DNA from: a virus
DNA length: 64,000 nucleotides
Strand: one strand, 5' to 3'
IMG/VR virus record: IMGVR_UViG_3300049988_000263
The stretch's first letter is position 1, and each line of letters opens with the position of its first letter. Positions 35,628 through 44,005 of the stretch are shown here, piece after piece. Made by a program: the position numbers and the translations under genes. The notes beneath the pieces are model-generated. The model ran no database searches. It was not told the origin of the DNA and worked only from the letters and a program-made list of their open reading frames with translations.

Positions 35628-35704
35628 CAGCGCGTAGCTCAGTCAGGTAGAGTATCACGTCGGGAACGTGAGGGTCGTTGGGTCGTAGCCAACCGTGCTG
35701 ACCA
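35628..35704 (+). tRNA. Atypical tRNA-Pro (GGG in the standard register)
   Basis: C1-G72, A73, CCA; anticodon loop TCGGGAA (C33, A37); T-loop GTCGTAG. Confidence 0.65.
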
Positions 35705-35750
35705 TTTTTACTAACGGAATCGCCTACCAGAGATTCATCGGATAACTGAA

Positions 35751-35778
35751 TTGACTTTCTTCAGTATCGGTGTATATT
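35751..35778 (+). promoter_or_regulatory. Early-type promoter
   Basis: TTGAC-N13-GGTGTATATT. Confidence 0.75.
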
Positions 35779-36264
35779 TTTGGGATCAGCGATGGAGATT
35801 TCATGTACACGAAGGACACGCTTCTCGATCTTGCCATTCAGAACCAGTCCATTCTCGACGAAATGAGACAGCAGCCGGGCACGACCTGCGACATCAGTGC
35901 CGATGCTCGGCGCGTACGTGACAAGGCCCTCGTTGCCGCCCTGTGGATGGAGCAGAACAATATCGAGGAGATCGCCCACGTCGGGGATTTCTCTTCCTTC
36001 GAACTCAAGAAGGGTCAACAGGTTCGTCTCCGTCGTGGTGCGATTATCTACAGCACGAGCCCGAGTGTCGGGCGGGGCGGAAAAGTGAATACGCTCAATC
36101 GGAAGATCAAAGTCGATTATGTCAACAGTGGGTACATTGACATTTACTCGCTCTACGGATTTAGTGATGATTCTGAAAAATCGGTCCGTAACGGGCAGGT
36201 GAATTGGGCTGGAGCCGGTGGTTACTGGTTCTGGACTGATATCAACAACGTTGAGTTCATCTAG
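35770..36264 (+). CDS. Hypothetical protein (start probably MYTKDT)
   Basis: GGAGA SD after the early promoter. Confidence 0.65.
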   Translation: MYIFGISDGDFMYTKDTLLDLAIQNQSILDEMRQQPGTTCDISADARRVRDKALVAALWMEQNNIEEIAHVGDFSSFELKKGQQVRLRRGAIIYSTSPSVGRGGKVNTLNRKIKVDYVNSGYIDIYSLYGFSDDSEKSVRNGQVNWAGAGGYWFWTDINNVEFI

Positions 36265-36267
36265 TTT

Positions 36268-36476
36268 GGGCGCGAACGCACAGAGTTCGGCGGTGCACCG
36301 GAGAAATGAAGCCGGTTTGGGTAAAACCAGAGGTGTCGGTAAGAGGATAGGGGTATCTTTCGATCCACCCTTGGGCTGTGAGGACCACGGTTCACGGGGA
36401 CACGAATTTCGAACCTGATTCCTGCCCTTCGGGGTGACGCTTTCCTTCGCGGGTTCGAATCCCGTCGCGTCCACCA
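36268..36476 (+). ncRNA. tRNA-like/tmRNA-like RNA with an Ala-type acceptor (209 nt)
   Basis: GGGCGCG/CGCGTCC with G3-U70, A73, CCA; T-arm GCGGG-TTCGAAT-CCCGT. Confidence 0.6.
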
Positions 36477-36494
36477 TTCTCACGCACGAGAAAT

Positions 36495-36737
36495 TTGATG
36501 ATTCGGTTCTTTCCGTTCAGATATGTCGGAGCCAGAAAGGAAGTATTCCCCTGGCCTTATAAGTTCGATTCGGGATTCATCGGGCCTATAGAGGCTGAAA
36601 ACGCAGGCATTTTGATTGTGCATACGTGGTGTGTCGATCAGTTCGGCGAACCCGGTCTACGCTGGGACAATCGCGAGAGTTTCTTTGGCTTCGCTAGTCA
36701 GGTGGACGCGACTGCATTCAAGATTCGGTGGGGTTGA
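36495..36737 (+). CDS. FKxRW-family small protein
   Basis: Ends FASQVDATAFKIRWG. Confidence 0.8.
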   Translation: MMIRFFPFRYVGARKEVFPWPYKFDSGFIGPIEAENAGILIVHTWCVDQFGEPGLRWDNRESFFGFASQVDATAFKIRWG

Positions 36738-36964
36738 TGGGGTACATCGAGGATCGCGACAACCGCCGTGTCCGTGGGGGCGAGGAGATAGCCGACGCCA
36801 TCGCGGACGCGCTCCGTCTGCGTGATCCCCAGGTGGTTTCCCCGGACGATCGTTCTGAGCACACCGAGTACCGTCACGCGATGATGGTGCTGCTCGGCGT
36901 GTTCGAGCAGTTGGCGCGCGACGAGATCAACCAGCGCGAGATGGACCTGTCCTACGACGGTTAA
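36728..36964 (+). CDS. Hypothetical protein
   Basis: 78 aa, coupled to the previous gene. Confidence 0.5.
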   Translation: MGLMGYIEDRDNRRVRGGEEIADAIADALRLRDPQVVSPDDRSEHTEYRHAMMVLLGVFEQLARDEINQREMDLSYDG

Positions 36965-36978
36965 CCATAAATATGCGC

Positions 36979-37350
36979 ATGAGAATGCGCGAGATCATGG
37001 CCCTGGTTGAGAACACTATTCCACGGGTCCTATACCATGCTACGTACGCCCCGTACCTTCCGTCGATCGAGGATCACGGAATCGGTGGGAAGCCCGGCCT
37101 GAAGAACTATGACGCCTCCGAGGATGGCATCGTGTATCTGGCAACCAGCCGGAACGTTGCGGTATCGTACGCGGAGGTGTCCGAGGAGGTGCCGGAGGCA
37201 TTTCTAGAGCAGATCGTCGTCTTGGCCGTGGCGGTCTCTGATCTCGATCCCTCGAAGCTCGCGGCTGACCGAAACGTTCATATGGACGAGCCGGAGCATG
37301 GTCAGACCTTCGAGTATCATGGAGTGATTAAGCACTTCCGAGTTCTATGA
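36979..37350 (+). CDS. Late protein with a possible ADP-ribosyltransferase/Tpt1-like fold
   Basis: LYHATY..YLPSIEDHGI...VYLATSRNVAVSYA; ATAAATA upstream; N-terminus MRMREIMALVE. Confidence 0.5.
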   Translation: MRMREIMALVENTIPRVLYHATYAPYLPSIEDHGIGGKPGLKNYDASEDGIVYLATSRNVAVSYAEVSEEVPEAFLEQIVVLAVAVSDLDPSKLAADRNVHMDEPEHGQTFEYHGVIKHFRVL

Positions 37351-37383
37351 AGGCGCGAGCATATCGGTGAAATGTTGAAGCGA

Positions 37384-38094
37384 TCAAACGTCTGACGGGG
37401 CTCCTATCAGCAATGGCCTGATTGTTTGACTGATGAATCTCATCGACCGTTTGTCAAAACGGCGACGCACTTCAGGTTCTAGATTATTGATAAAGTCTTT
37501 TTTCACGCATGACCGAACCATGAACTCATACAACTGCTGGTCCGTCATGTCCTTGTATTCCTGAAGAATTTCCGGCGAAGCGTATTCGATGATCGACCGC
37601 ACCAAGCGGCGAAATCCTGCGGTTGATTCTACATAGTTTGCTTGGACTTCTTCCGAATTGTTGTAGTATGCGGTTTCCCCACGTTCGTTATAGTCATTGA
37701 CCGAGTTGGCGTACTCACGCCCTTTGCTGAGGTAGTGCGCGTACTCATGGACGAACGTGTCGTGACCTCCCGATCCGAATCTCGTATCTAGGTATTTGGT
37801 ATCTCCGGGTCCTCGCAGGCAGTTGACCAGAATCACGTCATTTCCACCGGCCGTTCCGATACCGCTATGCCCGGTATGGGTGAACACGATGATGAGGCTT
37901 CGAGCGAGGCCGACCTTTGAGCCTCGGATACAGAAATCGCCCTGGCGGACCGGCTGAAGCGCGTCATCGAGATAGGCGGCGTGTTTGGTCAGGTAGTTTT
38001 TGACCGCCTCGTAGGCCGTCTCTGCTTCATCTCGAACCTTGTCGTCCGATGGCTCGTCCTCGTTAAGGACGTTCAAGATATCCCGCATTTTCAT
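37384..38094 (-). CDS. Late protein with a zincin HExxH motif
   Basis: TFVHEYAHYL...EEVQAN; ATAAATA + 5 nt + ATG; N-terminus MKMRDILNVLNE. Confidence 0.65.
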   Translation of the reverse strand: MKMRDILNVLNEDEPSDDKVRDEAETAYEAVKNYLTKHAAYLDDALQPVRQGDFCIRGSKVGLARSLIIVFTHTGHSGIGTAGGNDVILVNCLRGPGDTKYLDTRFGSGGHDTFVHEYAHYLSKGREYANSVNDYNERGETAYYNNSEEVQANYVESTAGFRRLVRSIIEYASPEILQEYKDMTDQQLYEFMVRSCVKKDFINNLEPEVRRRFDKRSMRFISQTIRPLLIGAPSDV

Positions 38095-38146
38095 CTAGGT
38101 ATTTATTTCTTCGCTATTTTTTATTTTAAATAGTATAACTGTATGT

Positions 38147-39202
38147 TTGTATAGAAGGACAAGTATTAAAATGGGAGTTATTTTAAAAGGTAATTTCAAT
38201 AGAAATCTTCGAATGAAGATTAGATTGATTGAAGTGATTCCGAAGGTGGTTTCCCTATTGCTTGGTTCTACTGGCGTATCGAGTATTACTCTGTCGTTTT
38301 TTGAACAGCCTGGGGTGTCATACGAGTACTCATTCGATAATACGACTTGGGTTTCACTTCCGGCAAACAAGATCATCACTGGAGTATCTTCGCAGGTAAA
38401 CTCGGTGAGGGTTCGAGGCGTAAACAAGTACGGTATCGGGCCATCTTCAAACATCGTAGCGTTTTCGATCAATGCGGCACCGGTCTGGTCCACGCCTTCT
38501 GGCTCCATTGGGACGCTACGTCAGGGAGAGAATTTCTCGTATATCTTCACGGCAACGGATTCCGATGGCGTTCAATATTCGATCGTCTCTGCTACTCCGG
38601 CTCTACCTGAAACGGTTGGACTCATACCATCGGCAAATTCTTCAACGCTAGCTGGATATTTTACTTCAGATATTCTTTCTTCACCGACTTGGAATACACC
38701 GGCCGGATCACTCGGTGTGATGGGCAAAGATACGGTTTTCACTACTACTCTCTCGGCAACTGCCGCTGGATCAGCGACGATTCAGAAAATGAATGTTGTG
38801 AATTCATATCTTCCGGCTGGCATCATCCTGTCATTCTCTGGAAATACCGGAACACTAAGCGGAACAACCGATTTTTATTCAGCTAGTCTTGAGCCCGTCG
38901 TGGTTCTCGACGGTCCGATTTGGTCGAATGATGCTGGCTCTCTCGGAACTGCAAGAAATGGTCAATCGATCAGTATTTCGCTATCTGCTGCAAAATCTGG
39001 CAAGACCGTAACATATAGCGTTCTGTCCGGATTTATTCCCGCTGGTACAACCCTATCATCGGGGGTTATTTCCGGAACACTCGACGCTGGAACTTCAACG
39101 GCTACTCTTTCTTCGAATCGAGTTTTTTCGTTTACAATTCGAGCAACTGCTTCGGATGCAAGTTTCACTGATCGTTCTTTCACTTATACCGTTACAACCT
39201 AA
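38147..39202 (+). CDS. Virion protein with Ig-like (He_PIG/FN3-type) repeats
   Basis: Repeats P.W.T..GSLG...SG.LP.G..L...G..SGT. Confidence 0.7.
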   Translation: MYRRTSIKMGVILKGNFNRNLRMKIRLIEVIPKVVSLLLGSTGVSSITLSFFEQPGVSYEYSFDNTTWVSLPANKIITGVSSQVNSVRVRGVNKYGIGPSSNIVAFSINAAPVWSTPSGSIGTLRQGENFSYIFTATDSDGVQYSIVSATPALPETVGLIPSANSSTLAGYFTSDILSSPTWNTPAGSLGVMGKDTVFTTTLSATAAGSATIQKMNVVNSYLPAGIILSFSGNTGTLSGTTDFYSASLEPVVVLDGPIWSNDAGSLGTARNGQSISISLSAAKSGKTVTYSVLSGFIPAGTTLSSGVISGTLDAGTSTATLSSNRVFSFTIRATASDASFTDRSFTYTVTT

Positions 39203-39213
39203 GGATTTCGAAT

Positions 39214-40365
39214 ATGTCTACTTATAATTTTACCGTTCGAGCAACCGATAGCCTTGGTGCGTACGCGGACCGAAACTTCTCGATGACCGTCAACAACACG
39301 AGTGTTGACCGATTTGTCATTACGGGAAGCAGCGCGGTGGCGCATTCTCAGACTGGCCTTCCCGGTTCGTGGGTTATAGAGACGGGAACGTTCGCGGAGA
39401 CCACTGAATTCGTCAACGGCCTCTGGATCAATTACGGTCCTACTCTTGGCCGGGCAATCAAGACGTCCACTGATGCATCGACTTGGAATCTGATCAACCC
39501 ATCATTTCCGAATCCAACCGATAATGGCTATGCTTGGCGTTTCTCTTCGATGGGTCGGATCAAATTTTTCAAAAACAAATGGTATGCCTATGTTCTGTTT
39601 TCCGAACCCCTTGCTAACAGGATTCAGATCACTGAATTCACGAGTTCCGATCTAACAAACTGGACTCAGACGGGTAACGTTAGTGGGACTAGATATTATA
39701 GTACTGAATACGAGAACGAAGTCACAGACGTATTATACGATCCGGGAACCGATACGACGGTTCTTGCCACGGGAATGCGCTACATAGGCTCGGGCAGCAA
39801 CTATATTCCTTTGGGAATGATCTACTCCAAGGTTGGAACCGGCGCATGGAATTGGCGAATGGAGTCGAGTAGTAATACTGTTGTCGGAGCATATAGATCG
39901 GGTGCTATTTCCTTCATCAATGGTTTTTGGTGCGTTAATCTTGGATCACAGCCAACAACTGGCGTATACACGAGTATCGATGGGGTGAACTTTACGGCGC
40001 GTCCACTTCCGAGTGGAGCGACCGGTGTTAACTTCAACACAGGGTCTCTGGTTTATAACGATGGGCGTTTGCTTACCTATATCCAGTCGTCAAGTGGTGG
40101 TTCAACCGGAGTCATTGCATCCAGCTTGAATGGTGGTCGCACGTGGACGCAGTTTTCAACCTCGACACCGGTTTATCAGACGCAACATGCCGTTCGACAG
40201 TGGATGGCAAGTTACGGTGGAGTCATACTTATGGTCAACGGCTCGCTATCGACCAGTGCGAACAACCTCGTAATTTCACAAAACGGTGGTTCGTCCGTTA
40301 CTTCATTTACGATTAGTCCGTCCCTTGGCAACAATATCTATGGGGTTGCCGCTCGTAAAACCTAA
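39214..40365 (+). CDS. Virion/tail protein with BNR-like (SxDGxxW) repeats
   Basis: STDASTW, SIDGVNF, SLNGGRTW, SQNGGSS. Confidence 0.65.
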   Translation: MSTYNFTVRATDSLGAYADRNFSMTVNNTSVDRFVITGSSAVAHSQTGLPGSWVIETGTFAETTEFVNGLWINYGPTLGRAIKTSTDASTWNLINPSFPNPTDNGYAWRFSSMGRIKFFKNKWYAYVLFSEPLANRIQITEFTSSDLTNWTQTGNVSGTRYYSTEYENEVTDVLYDPGTDTTVLATGMRYIGSGSNYIPLGMIYSKVGTGAWNWRMESSSNTVVGAYRSGAISFINGFWCVNLGSQPTTGVYTSIDGVNFTARPLPSGATGVNFNTGSLVYNDGRLLTYIQSSSGGSTGVIASSLNGGRTWTQFSTSTPVYQTQHAVRQWMASYGGVILMVNGSLSTSANNLVISQNGGSSVTSFTISPSLGNNIYGVAARKT

Positions 40366-40405
40366 GAATCATGGGCCGTCTCTAAAGGCGGCCCAATATC
40401 ACCAC

Positions 40406-40433
40406 TTGACTCTCTACCGAATCGGTGTATATT
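40406..40433 (+). promoter_or_regulatory. Early-type promoter
   Basis: TTGAC-N13-GGTGTATATT. Confidence 0.75.
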
Positions 40434-40649
40434 GGAATCATCAGCAACGGAGAGACAGCCATGGCGACCGAGCGTTTCAGCAAGACGAGTTTCCGCGACA
40501 AGCTTGTTCGTCGCATGAATGCGATTCAGGCTGTCCAGAAGTTCAACCCAAACGATGGGTGGAATCAGGTCAAGAATTCTCCAACCGAGCGGGTTGTCGA
40601 GTACGGACGGTACATTGAGCTTCGCGCGCTTATCGACGACCTTAACTGA
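40425..40649 (+). CDS. Hypothetical protein (start probably MATERF)
   Basis: GGAGAG SD after the promoter. Confidence 0.6.
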   Translation: MYIGIISNGETAMATERFSKTSFRDKLVRRMNAIQAVQKFNPNDGWNQVKNSPTERVVEYGRYIELRALIDDLN

Positions 40650-40934
40650 GGAGGGACGAGCGCACCGGGGTGCTGATCGTCCTCAAGGCTCGGGCAGATT
40701 TGTTGAATCGAGTGAACGTGCAGTGTGTGCCGCCTAGATGAAGGTACAATACCATGTTTAAACGTGATGAGAAAAAGGCTTCGACCAAGGCCCTTCAGGA
40801 ATGGCTCTATATGATCAATCTTAAGATTCTCGGGCTGCGCTGGGACGACTACGAGATGAAGCGTTCGTGGGAGGCCGATCGCAAACGTGTTACGAAAATT
40901 CTCGAATCACGGGCGGCGGCGAACGCGGTGTGAC

Positions 40935-40962
40935 TTGACTTCTTCTCTCAATGGTGTATCTT
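40935..40962 (+). promoter_or_regulatory. Early-type promoter
   Basis: TTGAC-N13-GGTGTATCTT. Confidence 0.7.
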
Positions 40963-40987
40963 ATAGGAATCAGCCACAGGAGATCAC

Positions 40988-41390
40988 CATGTCGAACCGT
41001 TACACCGCAGTCGCAAAGTTCGTTGGCGCCCGCGTCAACGTGGTGGTCACCGACACGCAGCCGATGTGCAAGGGTGACCGCACGGTCACCTCGTGGACCA
41101 CGGTTCAGAACATTGACGGCTCGAACCGGTTCATGTTGGACGGCGACGGGTGGACGTTTCTGCCCACGCACAACGAAGCGTTCATGACGGCGCTGCGCGA
41201 GGCTGCGGCACCCCTGTTCGCGCTGGAGTATACCGTGAGTGTGCGTGCGCAGACCCTGGCGAGCCTCCGCCACATGATCGTCCGTCAGATCGGCTTCGTC
41301 CGGAACGCCCCTGGTGAGGCCACCAAGGCTCATTGCGTGAAGGTGTTGCGCGAGTACCTGGGTATTCGTTCACGGCAGATGGCGGCCTGA
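40988..41390 (+). CDS. Hypothetical protein (MSNRYTAVAK)
   Basis: AGGAGA SD. Confidence 0.6.
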
Positions 41391-41620
41391 TGATGCGATA
41401 CCGAGAGGCTGGGTTTCAATGGACAGGGCGCGAAGCTTGTGCAGCCGCGTTCGTCCGCACGAACTCGGGTGAGTCCTTAGAAGAGGACATCGACGCTTTG
41501 TATGGGTTGTATGACTGGCTTGATCATAATTTTGGTTATAAGGGTTGGGATGTTGAGGGGGGAATCATTGGTGTTCGGGATTCGAACAACGCAATGATGT
41601 TTAAGATGCGCTGGTGTTAG
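41390..41620 (+). CDS. FKxRW-family small protein
   Basis: Ends VRDSNNAMMFKMRWC. Confidence 0.8.
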   Translation: MMRYREAGFQWTGREACAAAFVRTNSGESLEEDIDALYGLYDWLDHNFGYKGWDVEGGIIGVRDSNNAMMFKMRWC

Positions 41621-41635
41621 AAAGAACGCGAACCC

Positions 41636-41968
41636 ATGTACTCGATGCCCAACGACATGGTGAACGGGAAGCTCTCCGACCAGAGATTAACGGAGAACTT
41701 TCCGTTTCACGTGTATCTGAACACGGTGAAGAACGGAGCGATCTCGATGGCCATCTACGGTCCTTCGAATGAGATCGCCGAGTGGTTGGACGCAAACGGA
41801 CTCACGAAGGAATCCGGGTTGGCGGATTTTCGGAAGAACATCATTGTGCCGGAGAAAGCGCTCGCATCCCCGTTTAATCGATATGAAACACAGCCGGTCT
41901 ACTGTTTCAAGAACGAGTCGGATGCGATAGCGTTCAAGCTTCGTTGGTCTGGGACGGACGGGATATGA
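41636..41968 (+). CDS. FKxRW-family small protein
   Basis: FKNESDAIAFKLRWS plus a short tail. Confidence 0.75.
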   Translation: MYSMPNDMVNGKLSDQRLTENFPFHVYLNTVKNGAISMAIYGPSNEIAEWLDANGLTKESGLADFRKNIIVPEKALASPFNRYETQPVYCFKNESDAIAFKLRWSGTDGI

Positions 41969-42268
41969 GCGGGTTCCGCAGGCGTTTCAGGCGCCATCTC
42001 ATAATGACCACGTCCGTCTACGTATTGGCGGCGATCCTTGGCGCCGTCGCTGGCGGCGTATACGGGTACTATCAGACCGCTCCGGTGGAGACACGATGAT
42101 CAAGCTTTTCAAATTCTCGACCACGAAGAATCTTGACGAGGCAGAGGATACTGTTAATACTTTCATCTCGACTGAGAACGCTGCTGGACGACGGTGGCGG
42201 ACTGCCGGGCCGATCGTTGTGGAGAACTACACGTTCTACGTGACGTTGATCTGGGATGAATATAAATA

Positions 42269-42394
42269 GGGCACGATGCTTAGGGGTTCAATTCCCCTAC
42301 GGTCCACCATTGGGGGCCGCCCTGGATTGGGATAAAAGCTATCGGATGACGGGCCTGCGCAGCCTACGGGGTTCGAGTCCCCGCGTGTCCACCA
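42269..42394 (+). ncRNA. Nested double tRNA-like RNA (two T-arm + CCA units)
   Basis: Outer GGGCACG/CGTGTCC-ACCA; inner ACGGTCC-ACCA pairs with downstream GGGCCGC; both have G3-U70 and A73. Confidence 0.65.
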
Positions 42395-42410
42395 TCAAAC
42401 TGGAATCACC

Positions 42411-42641
42411 ATGACCTATGCTGGGGCGATCAGCCCTTACTGTTTCCGACGCGTCCCCCAGGGGTTTTCCCATCCGGTGGAGTGTGGACCGCGTACGATG
42501 CTCTCACAGGCCACCGCATGGTGCCGCCAGCACCTTTCCGAGGACCAGTGGTGGGTCTGGGCACAAACACCGCCCGCGAACGTCCTGCTGTTCCGGGACG
42601 CGACCACGGCAGATCGATTCAAGCATGCCCTGCCTGTATGA
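42411..42641 (+). CDS. Divergent FKxRW-family protein
   Basis: AWCRQHL...WW...FRDATTADRFK. Confidence 0.6.
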   Translation: MTYAGAISPYCFRRVPQGFSHPVECGPRTMLSQATAWCRQHLSEDQWWVWAQTPPANVLLFRDATTADRFKHALPV

Positions 42642-42882
42642 CCGAAACCTGTGCGACACGGCCCCAGACGAGGCCATTCGGGTGACCTTCTATCACCGGG
42701 ACGACGTGTTCACGGACATCGCCGATCAATGGCTGGCACAGTACGGCGAGGGCTTCTACGCGCCGATCATCACCGAGACGCTTGGTCTGGTCACGCTGAC
42801 CGACGCGGACGTGGATTTCTACCGAGAAATCGTTTTTACCGATCCGGACACGGCATTAGCTTTCAAGACAAGATTTTACTGA
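42625..42882 (+). CDS. FKxRW-family small protein
   Basis: Ends FTDPDTALAFKTRFY. Confidence 0.7.
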   Translation: MPCLYDRNLCDTAPDEAIRVTFYHRDDVFTDIADQWLAQYGEGFYAPIITETLGLVTLTDADVDFYREIVFTDPDTALAFKTRFY

Positions 42883-42912
42883 AATAAATATTCCGGCAAC
42901 AAGAGGTGCCGG

Positions 42913-43527
42913 ATGATTACTGAGGACAATACGAAGATCAACAAAGCCATTGGTGTCTTAATGGGCCGGATCAAGAAGTCCGGTGAACTCGATAAGCCGA
43001 TCTTCAAGCGCGCTCTACTACATTTGAATCTCGCTAGAACCTTAGAGAATCTTGGTCATACCAAGTTTGCCGAAGCGATGGTCGGGATCGCTCACACGCT
43101 GGTTCACAACGGCGTCCTGGGGAAGACCGATCCGATGGCGAGCCCGCCCGTGGACGTGCCCAGCCTGAACAAGACCATCGGTCTTTGCATGCACGTGATG
43201 AAAGGCAAGGGCGCCTCGACGGACGCAGACAAGGCCACGGCGAAGGAAGCGCTCGGCTACTTCAATCTGGCGAGGACCACGGCGGGCCTCGGCTACGGGA
43301 AGCTCACGCAGTTTCTGATTCGTACGGGAGAGCACAAGCTCGCGCAGATCGACCGGGTCAACCCGGTGGTCCATTATGACGACGATACACCACGACGGGC
43401 GGCTGGGACCAAGGAAACGCCTCCTCGCCCGGCGCCGCCCGCGCATCCCAATCCGATCATTCGCAACTTCGATCGCGCCCGCCACAGTGTGCAGACCGCT
43501 TTGGACAAGTTCGGAATCATCACCTAG
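42913..43527 (+). CDS. Late hypothetical protein with an internal tandem helical repeat
   Basis: KINKAIGV.M...HLNLARTLENLGHTK repeated as LNKTIGL.M...YFNLARTTAGLGYGK; ATAAATA upstream. Confidence 0.65.
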   Translation: MITEDNTKINKAIGVLMGRIKKSGELDKPIFKRALLHLNLARTLENLGHTKFAEAMVGIAHTLVHNGVLGKTDPMASPPVDVPSLNKTIGLCMHVMKGKGASTDADKATAKEALGYFNLARTTAGLGYGKLTQFLIRTGEHKLAQIDRVNPVVHYDDDTPRRAAGTKETPPRPAPPAHPNPIIRNFDRARHSVQTALDKFGIIT

Positions 43528-43567
43528 TCACGTTGACTGAATCTCGTTTTCATCATAATCTTGATGG

Positions 43568-44005
43568 ATGTTTAGTGAACCTATTTTGCTCATCCTATCG
43601 CTGGTTTTCTTGCTGATCGTCGCTGGTTTCGGCGTGCTCAAGGTTGTCGATCGCATTCACCGCAAGCGGCTTTTCGGAAAACTGCGTGCGACTCAGCTTC
43701 GAGAGGAAGCTGCAATGCAAGCGATTTACGATAGGCAGAAGCGTGAGCTTGTCGGAAAATGGCAGGGCGGCGCGATCCTCGATCTTCTGAAGGATGGCCG
43801 ACATGGATTACTCGGGAGTATCGCCGCCCCATCGAACAGCTTTATCCATACGCCTCGGATGACGCGACCTGTTCGGCGGTGGTGCGACAACAACCTCACC
43901 AGCCCGTTTGAGCCGATCTCGTACATGAACGACGAAGAGCGCATCGCTAAGATTTGGTTCGCCGATCCGGACGACGCGTTCGCGTTCAAGATGCGCTGGT
44001 ACTAG
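43568..44005 (+). CDS. N-terminal TM plus FKxRW-family domain
   Basis: ILLILSLVFLLIVAGFGV; ends FADPDDAFAFKMRWY. Confidence 0.8.
   Translation: MFSEPILLILSLVFLLIVAGFGVLKVVDRIHRKRLFGKLRATQLREEAAMQAIYDRQKRELVGKWQGGAILDLLKDGRHGLLGSIAAPSNSFIHTPRMTRPVRRWCDNNLTSPFEPISYMNDEERIAKIWFADPDDAFAFKMRWY

Noticed and set aside
38095-38230. AT-rich patches (also 33380-33430 and 60520-60660) as foreign islands
   Set aside because: Short and coincide with promoter/intergenic regions; no mobility genes or boundary repeats.
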